From Lenisia limosa (lineage: Eukaryota > Protista > Breviatea), in NCBI GenBank assembly GCA_001655205.1, contig LPNZ01007172.1:1-49486 (forward strand): a stretch of 49,486 bases of DNA, read 5' to 3'. Numbering within the stretch: the first letter of the stretch is position 1; each line of letters begins with the position of its first letter. The notes below the pieces were generated by a model. That model searched no databases. It saw only the letters and a list, made by a program, of their open reading frames with translations, and was not told the DNA's origin. Below, piece by piece: positions 11,801 through 23,702 of the stretch. Both the position numbers and the translations under genes were made by a program.

Positions 11801-14085
11801 TGTTTATGTCTTCTTTTTTTGAATAAATAGATATATTTTGAAAGAACAAAAACAAAAACTATTAATCTCTTCACTTCGTGTAATTCTTTTAGAAAGAGTG
11901 TGACGAATGTCTTGCTGATTATCGAGGTTAGTACGAACGTTTTTATGTGCTGAAAACTTTGCACTACCTCGATCCACTTTTTTTGTTACTTTGCCCGTGG
12001 ATGTTGACCTTCCCTCTTTAGACAATCTTTTTGATGAAGAAAATTCGGATGAGGATGTATTTGACGTTGCCGACATTCAACAGCTCACTCTGGTACGTTT
12101 TTGTTGAATGTACCACGGTACCTTACATTAGTTATGAGATCAGCCCAAAGAACTGTACACTAAACTTGTAGACTGTTGATGGAGACGAAATTCCAGGATC
12201 TGATTCTTCTGATGAAATGGAGTTTGAGGGAGCTACATATATCGCGCACCATTTACTCTGTGTTATTTCCGCTTTGTTAACATACTAGGACTTTCACCCA
12301 CGCCAACTCTACATCTGCTCCCCCTGAATTGATCTCTTCTCAAACTGAGGTTTGCGAAAACATGTATTATATAGAACATAAGTGTGTTAATAGTCGGCAA
12401 CCACTCTTGTACCTCTTCTACCTCACCAATGTAGCCTTCACCTTCCCCGAGTCCATCAAATTCTTCTGTACTTACGAAACCACTCCAACAGCCTTCAGCG
12501 CAACACAAAGACAAGCATAGACCCAGCAAGCCCTGTCTCTATTCTTCAAAATATGACACTTCTGATGACGATTTCTCAGGAACTGAAGATGATGTGTGTT
12601 TCTTCAAGAATGTTATTTTCCATTCACCTTTTTAGAGTACCCAAAACACCGTGAAGTCTTACTCGGCATACTATCCCAAAAATGCCAACACCAAAATGAG
12701 ATCGAACCAATTCATGTCCCACATCCCACCTCGACACGGCATCCAAGCTCCAGACGAATACGATATCAAAAACAAGAGGGCACCAGAGCCAAGGGACCTT
12801 GAAAAAGTTCACCTGGACTCCAAGTACGATGACACCAGCAGTGATGATGGTTGGTGATACTGCACATCTGATCTTGCTTTGTTTTTCCTGAAACAGAGAA
12901 AATGATTTAGTGCTAATATTGTAGATAATGTTGAAGATGAAGATGAAGATCCAATAAGCAGAGGGACTACACTCTCAGCACCCCCTAACACAATGCGACG
13001 GTTGCACGAAATGGCACCAGCTGACCCGTTCTTAGTGAGTGTGGTGTGTGGCTTCCATTGTACTCCCTTTGTTTTTTGTCTAATTATCTGCAGGCTGCCT
13101 CGTTTTTGGAGATTTTACGAAGCACAATGACTCAGGCTATTTTTGGTAAATTAATACCTGCGTCTATCATGAGCCCTTTTGTTGTTCCTTCTAGCAAGGA
13201 TTTCTCGAGGTTGGAGGCGAGGCGTCTCTAAAGCTTATTTTATATTTGATATTATTTTATTTTTTTTCTTTGATCATTTAGTTTGCCCTCAATTGCCACT
13301 GCTGGAAAGTCAGAACTTAAGGTGTCAGTTCCTCCCAACGGACTCGAAAGATTTATAGCTAAGATGCCAAGAAGAGGTATTGGATATACACCTATGTTAT
13401 GATCCCGTTTAGCTCAAGCCCTATTTCCTGAACCGCTTGCCAAACTCTACCAGAAAGGAGAGCCATTCTTTGAACTGGAGAAGATTGAACTTTCGGTTTG
13501 TATCCAATATAAGTTCCATGATGACATTAGGATGTCTATCTCGGGACAATACGATCCATTCTCTCTACTTCGTCCCTCAAAGAAGAACTTTCGGCTTGTG
13601 GTTTCTTAAAACTCTTTGATCTTGGTAAGTGGAACCACAACAATGAGCCATGACCTTCCAGGATTTCCGTATGCCTTTGTACCAGCCTCTCATAAACTTC
13701 CTATTTGCCCTCAACCAATTGGTCCCTACCCTGCGTCAAGGTTTGTTCCTATTTGGTGCTGACTCTCCAGAAATAATGCTTGTCTGGTTGTTGCTTTAGG
13801 AGGGATGGACGACAACTTCAAATATGACAAAAACGCGAAGATTCCGTACAAGTACACAAAGAATCATCACACTGCGCGTGTATGTTCAAATTTCAGTCTC
13901 CAATATACCCTTGTCTTAGAGCAATGTGACAGTCGGCCAAATACTTCTCATCTACCCTCAAGAATTATGATTCTCTCATACCTTAGAAACCCTTACGAAA
14001 TAGCATTGTCAATCAGCCACGAGCCCCCATGGTTCCCAAGCCTGTTGCCTACAAGAAAGCAGTGGGGGCTGATATTCATCGATGA
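8897..14085 (+). CDS. Divergent XRN-family 5'-3' exonuclease-like protein, multi-exon
   Basis: Spliced translation gives MGLSKFTDY, YLFIDANCLLH, LFVCFDGI, LTFGMNFM, IPGEGEHKIIQWLR, ISPDSDMLAL, DFAVLAFLTGSDYLP. These are followed by an acidic linker and a degenerate CR2 (FLEILRSTM..., PPNGLERFIAKMP..., ALFPEPLAKLY). The 3' exons and stop are less certain. Confidence 0.8.
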
Positions 14086-14329
14086 GCTATCTAACACATT
14101 AGACTACTACTACCACTCCATCCATCAATCAGCCCCCCAAAAAGAGCCCCCCCGAAATTTAGAAATGTCACTAATTATTCTAATCTGGTAATTTTTTTTT
14201 TGTTTCAATGTAAATTATGTTATTTTAATTCAAAGGTTAGATTCTCTTTTCTGATACACACCCCTTAGAGAACCTTAAAAGGGAAAAAAGAACTGGAGTA
14301 TCAAAACGCATAAAACATTAAATAAAGGG

Positions 14330-17319
14330 TTAGCTGAATTCCCTGTTTTTCAAAACCATAGGTGCAATGAGGGACCATGTGTAAAGTGCAGCAACCACCC
14401 ATGTTGAGACCATTTTGATCCACATCGATGTCGTACCGCGATCAATGCTGTAACTAGAGGAGTGAAAACAAAAAAAAAACTCCACTTGGCAACATGAGTA
14501 GCAATTGACACCCACTCACTCTCCATAGTCACCAGTATCACCCCAGGAAGTTAATAGCATTGCAATATAGGCGGCGCCCAGACTGAAAATGGAATGGAAG
14601 TAGGAGCAGTTGTAGTCTTCACTAAAGTATCAGGAGTCACTAATGCAACTGCAAATAAAAACACAATCCACCCATACCTAATTATAGATGTTGAGGGCAT
14701 GTATAAGTCATCCTAAAAGTAAAAAATACAATCAAAGATTACAATACCCACTCCAGATTGGCTCATTATAAGAGCATCCCCTCGTCCAGCTGCTTTGTTT
14801 GTTGAGTGAGTGACAGCCAAAATAGCAATGGCAAGTCCCTAGGTGAGTTAGAGAACGTGTCTCTATTGGACAACCAGCATCTTGATTGCCAATATAAATA
14901 TATTATTCGAGTATTTCGTCATACAAAGTATAGTTTATAGTATGAAAAACCCCGCTTACCAACAGCATTTGCCAAGTAGATGAAGTGTCATTATCACGGA
15001 TAGAGTTACAATTCATACTATCGGTGTTGGGTTGACTAAATAGTAAGGATGGGGGGGGGGGGTAATNNNNNNNNNNNNNNNNNNNNNNNNNNNNNNNNNN
15101 NNNNNNNNNNNNNNNNNNNNNNNNNNNNNNATCACTTAAAAATAAGTCTCATACCTTGATAATGCAGAAAAGGTAAGGTAGCAACAGTAGAAACAGATGA
15201 TAGCCGCTGGGAGAAGTGCACCGTGTTTGCCCTGAACTATTATAGCGGTTCAAAACCAGAAAAATTGGGTAATTTGGCCGAATTCCGCAAACCGCAATCG
15301 TTATTGAAACATAAGTTGCTGCAAGAAGGATCGTGGAAATGATAAATATGGTGTTTAGATCACAGTTTGTACCTGATGTGAAGAGTGCCTAGTTGATTAG
15401 AAGACAAAAAAATCTCACAGATTCCGTTATCCCAATTTAATATAGTATACAAACTTACGAATTCAAAGTAAATTGCAATCAATGAGAGAGTAAAGAAGAT
15501 ACCGGAACAAATGAGGAGGTAGATCAGCCTAAAAAGTGAAACGGTAGATTGTCACCTTGTAATGTTCAATCCGCCCTTTTTAACACGGTACGTTTTCTTC
15601 CCTCACCATTTCCGTTCATCCTTGATAACCCATGCATCGTTCCAAGAATAAGCGCCGTCGATGAGAAGAAGAAACTGTACAACCAGAAACACTCCGGCGA
15701 ACACCATTGCAATGAAAGCTGTTAGTTAGCCAATATTGCAAACGTAAGGGCATAAACAAAGAAACGAGTTCGCTTGAAAAAAAAAGAGCACAAAAAATGT
15801 GTAGAAAATCCAAAAAAAACTCTCAATACTATTGTAGTTGCACAAATGCACTTTGGGAGAGAGCCAACGCTTACTCCAGTCATTTAGGATTTCAGCAGGC
15901 AAAAAACAACCCAGTACAATTGCGATAATGAGTGTGAACATCTGGAAACGTCATGAAATGAGAGGAAGGTACTAGCCAGGCCTAGGGTGTCCGTCAAATA
16001 CATTACATAATATGATATAAAAGATTTTCGCCTTGGACCCCCCCCCCCTTAAACAGTTATGTTATGCATATACATATAGCATATCGTATGTACAGTGAGT
16101 TACATAAGTAATGGCAAAAAGTTGTTTCTTATAACCTTTCGGCCAAATATGTCTTTTTAAGTGTGAATTGCACCAAAATTCGTGTTTTTGGCAGATATTT
16201 TGATTGTTGTCATTCACCCAATTTAAACATGTAAGGTAATTTGGGTACACTAAATAAAAAAAACGGTGTATTTTGATCCATTTTGTGGCTTAACCCAACC
16301 GAACATGCCCTACTACTTGATGGCAAATATCGTGATTCTTGTTAAATCCACACCTCTGTATCAGATATGATGGAAAAGAAGCAATCTACTTGTTTTGAAA
16401 CCACCTCAAAAGAGATGAGAAACCTGATTGACACAATACCATGATGTTTTTTCGGCTGTCATTGCCACCAAGGGGGGCGGTCCAACTTAAGTACTAGAAA
16501 TTTTCAGCGTTTTGATGCACTGATTTTTTATGATATTACAAGTGGTATTGTTTTTATATTTCGTTAAAAACTCATAATTTTTTTTACAACAATATTATGT
16601 GCAAAAAATAAAATATATAGTTCAAATCCCAATAAAATGACACACTTCTCAGAGAATAAGACCTATTTTGCGACAAATTATAAGGGACAACTTTTTGCCA
16701 TTACTTATGTAACTCACTGTATATATTTGACAGCCACCTCTACCCCAACTTTACCTTTGTCTTCCAAAATCCACGCTGGTAAACCCTCCTTCCATTTTCC
16801 GGTTCATTGACAGGAGTACCAATCATTATCAGGGCATGGAGAAGGAAAAATGCCTGAAAAGTTAATAAACAAAGCATAAGTAATTGCAAATTAACAGTCT
16901 ACGATGATCTTCCCAAACTCACCCAAACAGAAAACATCACACGATAGACCTGAGCAATTAGAGACAAATAGCAATTGAGTACCAACCATTAGTTTCCCTT
17001 TGCAGCCACTTCCTTCGCAGTTATGTTCTAGAATATTTAACACGAAGCAAATACAACCTCTTCTTCCATGACACAAAGACAAGCCAAAATCAAAGCATAG
17101 TCTTACCTCCTAGATCAACCAAGAAATCTGGATGAACTGCTCGAAGGAATAAAGCCAAGACAATGGTCATCACAAAGAGGAGCGCTGAAAATTATAACTT
17201 TAAAAATATGGAATGCCAAATCCCAAAAACTCACAGAAGCCCAGCCTTGAACTCATTGTTCCCACTGCTGAAGTTATACCTCCAGCAGCACTGGTTGCAA
17301 GACCAGCACAGCAAAACAT
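14330..17319 (-). CDS. SERINC: Serine incorporator (SERINC/TMS/TDE) multi-pass membrane protein
   Basis: Exons encode Cys-rich N-terminus MFCCAGLA..., LNDWSKRWL, SIITDRVTIH/GALLPAAII, YNCSYFHSIFSLGAAYIAMLLTSWG and C-terminal TTSMWIKMVSTWVVAALYTWSLIAPMVLKNREFS*. The start codon is approximate. Confidence 0.88.
16093..16719 (+). mobile_element. Non-autonomous Tc1/mariner-type element (MITE/deletion derivative) in a SERINC intron
   Basis: Perfect 33-bp TIR CAGTGAGTTACATAAGTAATGGCAAAAAGTTGT, extending to about 42 bp with 2 mismatches. TA on both sides (16091-92, 16720-21). Internal relic of a transposase C-terminus at 16421-16497. Confidence 0.9.
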
Positions 17320-17855
17320 TCTATAACTACTACTAAACACAAAAGTGGCCAAGAAGACTAAGTTGATACCAATACTATTTTTTTTAGGTTACTGAGTTAC
17401 TGAGTCGCAGAGAACAAGCGGAGAGCGCAATCAGTGCTACTGAAACGAGTTTCCGATTTGAAAAATGAGATTGGTCAACGCTACGAATCTATTATTTATT
17501 TATTATATTATTATATTATTCGAATTAATGATATATATGAGTTTGGTTGGTTTGTGGCTTTCATTTTTTTCGGTGCTTTTAAAGCTGCGCGTACGCGTGG
17601 TTCTTTTCCTTTTGTGTCACTTGTGTCCTCCCTGTTCCCCTTGTTCCTCCCTCTTTATTATATAGCGTTATATTTTGAATTGAATCATAAAAACCTCAGT
17701 TTTATTTCAAAAAAAGCGAAACGGTCACTTTGTTCTGGTTGCTTTCTATAGGAGGCTTTTGCTTTCCTCGCGGCCTCTCCCTTACTGGTCGCCAGCACAA
17801 CAGAGTGTTGATATTTACAGAGTAGCCTCTTCCTACTTGGCTTGCTACAGGCAAA
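17320..17855. promoter_or_regulatory. Putative divergent promoter region, SERINC / SLC12A9-like
   Basis: Intergenic region between divergent starts; contains the palindrome cgcgtacgcg near 17587. Confidence 0.4.
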
Positions 17856-20800
17856 ATGCCTCCAAGTCAAGACACTGATATGTCAGTTGACGATAAGGTC
17901 AAGGCCGCCCGTTTGGGCACATTTCTGGGAGTGTTTATCCCTTGCTTGATGTCTATCTTCGGTGTTATTCTCTATCTTCGTCTTGGATGGGTCATGGGTG
18001 TTGGTGAGGGGGGCTTTTTTGTGATATCTTCTTTTTTTTAAGTGTTACTGTTTGTATTTATTGCATGTGACATTTTCATTATATTTGCAGCTGGCGTCTA
18101 TGCAGGATTTGGAGTGATGGTCTTTGCAGGAGTTGTGGCACTCCTTACTGTCCTCTCTGTATCGGCAATTTCCACAAACGGGACCATTAAAGTGGGATAT
18201 ATGAGGAAATGTCCAAATTTTGTTAAGACATTCTCCTATTTGATATACATGTAGTATAAACGTTAACTCAGTGTAGGGTGGCGGAATGTACTACATGATT
18301 TCAAGATCCCTTGGTCCTGAGTTTGGCGGTTCAATTGGTCTTATTTTTTACTTCGCCAATGTTGTTGCAATTGGTATGGGTGGGTTAATGTGTCGTCTTA
18401 AATAATATTTTTTACCTGTTAACACATACAGCTATGTACCTTGTGGGTTTCAGTGAAACGTTCACAGAGACGTACGGTATTCTTTGGTTTGACTCCCGCC
18501 ACTGGACTATTGTATCGCTCTCAACTGTTTCCCTGATGCTCTTGATCACGATCGGAATTGCAGGTAGGTGTCATTTGTTGGCATAATAGGGTGGTAAACA
18601 CTGCTAAGCTTGTGGTTTCCAATTCACCAATGAATAATTTAGGTGCATCATGGTTTGGACGAGTTTCTACTGGCATCTTTGCTATTCTCGTGGTTTCCAT
18701 TTCTGTGGCATTATTGTCTCTTTTCGTGCAGCCAAATGATCATGCTGAAGTGAGGGGTATCCTATCAGAGTTTGAAAGGTGGAATGCTATTATCAATGCG
18801 CTATGTTATATTTCTATGTCGCAAATAGTTTCCTTTTGAAGTAGTTATTTTCATAGGGATTTTCAAGACCTTCAATGGAAGTATTCAAGGAAAATCTAGA
18901 CACTGGCTATGACCTCGACAAAGAGAATGATGCCAGTCTAATCTCAGCCTTCAACATATTTTTTCCAGCAGTGACAGGACTTATGGCAGGTGCCAATATG
19001 AGTGGTGACCTCAAAAGTGGGTGTTTTTGACTCGGGTAAAATTTCTACCTATTCACAAAGTGTCAAAATTTTGGTATCTCTTGGTTTTTTTCTTTCCTAA
19101 ACGGTTTAGATACCAAAAGAAGTATCCCAGTTGGAACCCTTGGGGCTCTATTTGCTGGTGAGAGAGAAAATATTTTCTATATTGTTTACTTCACATCATA
19201 TTTTTACAATTCAGCCATTGTTACGTACTTTGCTCTTGCTGCTGCTTTAGCCGCATCTTATGATCGAGTTGAACTCATTACAAACTATTATGTTTTCCAG
19301 GTGGGCTTGATCACGGATTCCCCGCTATTCCCAAATTCTTCTTATACTCAGGATATTGCACTCTGGTCTCCTATCATTACTGTCGGTATCTTCTGCTCCA
19401 CATTGGTTTGCGGCGAACATGGTCCCACAATCGTTTCTTTGACAGCTCAATTACTTCACAGTATATTGCTTTTGTAGATGAATCATTTTATATGTGTTTT
19501 AAATAAGATCTGTTCCTGTTAAAAGTTTCAGTCTTCGGGACTCAGTGCTATTGTCGGAGGGGCTAGGTGAGTGTGGGATGGTGGTGAAAGATGAGTTAAA
19601 TATTTGACACCTATCACAATCTTTGATTGTATACAATCCTCTTTTAGCTATTTATCCGGTCAGAATTCTTCAAGCTTTAGCCCGAGATAAGATTTTCCGT
19701 TTTCTCAATCCTTTTGGAGTTGGATCCGGTATGCTTGGGTGTTAGTGATTTTGTTACGATGATTTTTAGTGCATTCTCTCAACAAATTTTAGGTGCTGCA
19801 GATGAGCCCCGTGTTGGCATTCTCTTGACTTGGGCACTCGCACAATGTAAGTACGGCTCAAACAAAAAGTCGACCATTTGCTTTCTTAATTACTTCCCAG
19901 GTTTCGTCATGATTGGATCATTGGATTTGATTGCTCCAATTACAACGTACTTTTTCCTTCTTTCCTACACGATTACAAATCTTGCGTGCTTCCTACTAGC
20001 AGTGACAAAGTGGGTTTATTGTCGTATAACTATCTGACTTCTTTTGGTTTAATTAGTGTTTTCCATTGCATAACTGTCCAGTGCTCCAAACTTCCGTCCA
20101 TCGTTCACCTTCTTCTCGTCTGGTACTGCATTTGTCGCCACCCTACTCTCAACCCTGACTATGTTTGTAACCAATGCCGCTCTCGCTTCGGCCGTCTTCC
20201 TCATCATGGTCATAGTGTTCTACTACATTCACTCGTATGCGTATGTGTAGAAATCGGATATAGCACGTCTTTATCCACCTTACTTCTATTATTAAATTTT
20301 GACAATGTAGCTCATCTCCCAATACAACATGGGGAGATATTGACCAGGCTTTAATTTATCGTCTTGTTCGAAGATGGATGCTTACATTAGATGTCAGAAA
20401 AAGTCATGTCAAGTATTGGAGACCTCAGGTTTGTTCGTGATCCTGGTTTTCGCGTGTGTTTTTGTCTCTTATCTTTGCTAATTCCAGTAGGTTCTTTGCC
20501 TTGTAAGCGATCCCAGAAAAAGCCTGAATTTAATTGATTTCGCAAATAGAATGAAGGGTTCTGGTCTCTTGGTTTTAGGTAAGATGCGCACTTCGTTTGC
20601 AATACTAAAACCATTTAATCCATCATATTTTACTTTCAAGGCAATGTGATGCCTGGTGATTTTCACGAAATGGCTGAACAACTATCCGAACAACGCACCG
20701 CTTTCCTTGAACTCATTTCCCATAACAGGCTCCAGGTATCTTTTTGACTGGTCACAATGCAAATACCACCAAATATGTATCTTTCTTGTTTTGCTTCATC

Positions 20801-23467
20801 TGTTTTGACATGACAGGCTTTTGAGCATGTAACTGTCGCATCAAATCTCAGAAATGGTCTTCAAGTTAGTGGGGACTCATGTTCTGGGAATATGTACTTG
20901 TTTTATTTCACTTTAAATAGGATCTACTGTTGAACACAGGTCTGGGGGCAATGCGCCCCAACACATTGCTAATTGGCTACCTTGAGAAAAAGAAATCGGT
21001 GAGAATTCGTCTCCCATTTTATATCATATAGTTACATGTATCATGTATTACATTCATACTATGATATCATATCATATATTTGCTTATCAATTTCTTCAAG
21101 TGAGAAAGCATAAGTTTATCTGGTGTGGTATTTCAATTGAAAAATGTGCGTCATTTTGCACAGCCCTGCCCAGATCTTTCGGACAACCGCCGATCACTAG
21201 TTGACGAACAAGACTTAATCTTAAACAAATTTGTACACGTCTCCGGAGACCCTACCCCTGCAGAGTTTGTGTCTTTCATTTAGTGGGCGGGGTGGACATT
21301 TGTATTGCATGAAAGCATAAGGTTCAAATTAGTTTCTAATCCATCAGTGATGCATCTCACTACAATCATAATGTTATGATTGCACGAAACTTTGAAGATA
21401 TCGACGGTCTTCTCATCTCCCGCTTCCACAAACACCGAGTCAACGCCTTGAGGAGACAGCGTTACCTAAGCAGCCACCAGAGAATGCCAGGTTGATGGAG
21501 AATAAGTGTTTTTATCACTTTATCGTACATTTAAGGAATTCTCTTGGATATTCATCATTTTACTGTTATAGTTGATGTCTGGGTCAATGAGTCTCTCGGA
21601 TCAGTTTCCATTGAACCCACCTTGTCTGTTGCGGTTCAAATTGGCTACCTCCTTCAATCCACCCCTATCTGGTCGAAGCACACTTATTTGAGAATTATCG
21701 CTGTCGTTGACTACAAGTAGGCGTTGTTTGTTATGTTTTTTTGCTTTTTTGACGCCTTAAGCTGCAGCAACTGACATTTCAGATACTCTGTTGCTGAAGA
21801 AGAGCAGCGCCTCAAGGACTGGCTCGATGACATTCGGATCAATGCAGTGGTCTTAGTAATCCCACGTGGGTGTAGCTTAATCTTGGATCAGTCATAACAA
21901 CACTTAACCTTCTGCAGTTCTTGAAAACCCTTCGGAAGAAACCCGTGAAGTGTTACGGGACCCTATTATCGAAACCCAACTTCACATGATGGAAAACCAA
22001 ACAACAATCAAGGGCTACACTATTAAGGTACGTACACCTTTGATACCTTTAATTGTCTAATTTTATAGGGATACCCGCAGTCTGATCTTCGTGATCGTCT
22101 CAAAAAGAACCGTCTAGCTGAGGATGCTCAAAACAAACCAGGACCATCCCGTACCACATCCAGCTACTCCATTACAAGCAACGAATCCCACACCGAACAA
22201 AGTAAAACTGGGAGCTTCTTGACACCCGTTTTGTCACTTTACCTGGATATCCCTCACGGCATAGCTGTTGTAGTTCGAAGCCCCAGTTCCGACAGTCCTC
22301 TTCTTGATGTTCCTGTAACTGAGGTAGTTCGTAATAACATCATGATTGAACTTATATCTTACTTCAACTCCAGGTTTGTATTATGTATCATACTCTTTTT
22401 GTTCAATATTTTTAATGTTATAGGTAAAGAACCCTGCCTCCCCTTCAAATGGTTTGCAAGTATTTGAAATTCAACATTTCTCATATTATGAACTGAAAGA
22501 TAAAATATGATACCTATTCAACTTTTATCACTCATTTCCTTAGAGTCACCTGTTGAGTATATCCAACAAGACAACAAAGCACCTCCAGAACTCAAACCAC
22601 AGGTTAGCCAATGTCCAAACCAATCCGTCCTTGCTTTTGAAGAGTCTGACTTTGCAGGCTATTGAATTAGAGGAGATTGAAGGAGCTGAGGCAGTCGTGG
22701 AAGTGGTTTGAGGGAAACTGTAACTGTACTTTACCAATTGCCTACAATACATAACAGTCCAGGACACTCCGTCGCCAAACCTCTCACCAAGAATTGTTGA
22801 AGACTGTGATGAAGAGTAAGGGGTATTTGAACACTTCTTTCGGTGCTCTCTGTACTCGGCCACTGCCAAATCTTAGCGTTTCGTTTTTCATCTTTCAGCC
22901 CTGTTGACTTTGGCCCAGTTGACAGTACCACTGCTGGGTATGTTGAAGTACCTGTGGATGGCAACAAAAACTGATTCCTTTGTAGTCGAAACCGTTCGAG
23001 TTCCACCACTCTAGAGCTAATTGCCAGACACCCTGACTCCGTTTCTCCTATTTCAAACCTTCCAAGAACTCTGAGGTGGGGGGGGGGGGGGTAAANNNNN
23101 NNNNNNNNNNNNNNNNNNNNNNNNNNNNNNNNNNNNNNNNNNNNNNNNNNNNNNNNNNNNNNNNNNNNNNNNNNNNNNNNNNNNNNNNNNNNNNNNNNNN
23201 NNNTTGTCAATCTTACCTATGCCAGATGGAGACTGTACAATACGTTGGTTCGGTCCAACAGTGCCAACGCTGGTGTTGTTTTCCTCCCAATCCCGCCACC
23301 TCCATGCCGTAAGAGTACAAACAACTTTTTTCTCTCATCATGACTCAGCTCATTCCGGCGACGAGGCTGCTGAAGACTATCTATCAGACCTCGACGTTCT
23401 TACGGACTGCTGCCCACCCACTGCACTCATCAGAGGTTGCCACAATGTGCATACCACTGCTTTATAG
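17856..23467 (+). CDS. SLC12A9: Cation-chloride cotransporter, SLC12A9/CCC9-like
   Basis: [107 protein letters not shown]-terminal [26 protein letters not shown]. Confidence 0.9.
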
Positions 23468-23702
23468 ATTTTTTGAAAGGAATATAAACAACGAAGAAAA
23501 ATGGACGGTTGGGGAGGGGGGGGGGGGNNNNNNNNNNNNNNNNNNNNNNNNNNNNNNNNNNNNNNNNNNNNNNNNNNNNNNNNNNNNNNNNNNNNNNNNN
23601 NNNNNNNNNNNCGATAGAATCCAATTCTGTTCTGGAAATAAGAATTCATCAAAAGAGTGCTGATTGTGAGTTGATGATGTTGGGGAATTTGTTGCTGACA
23701 AC

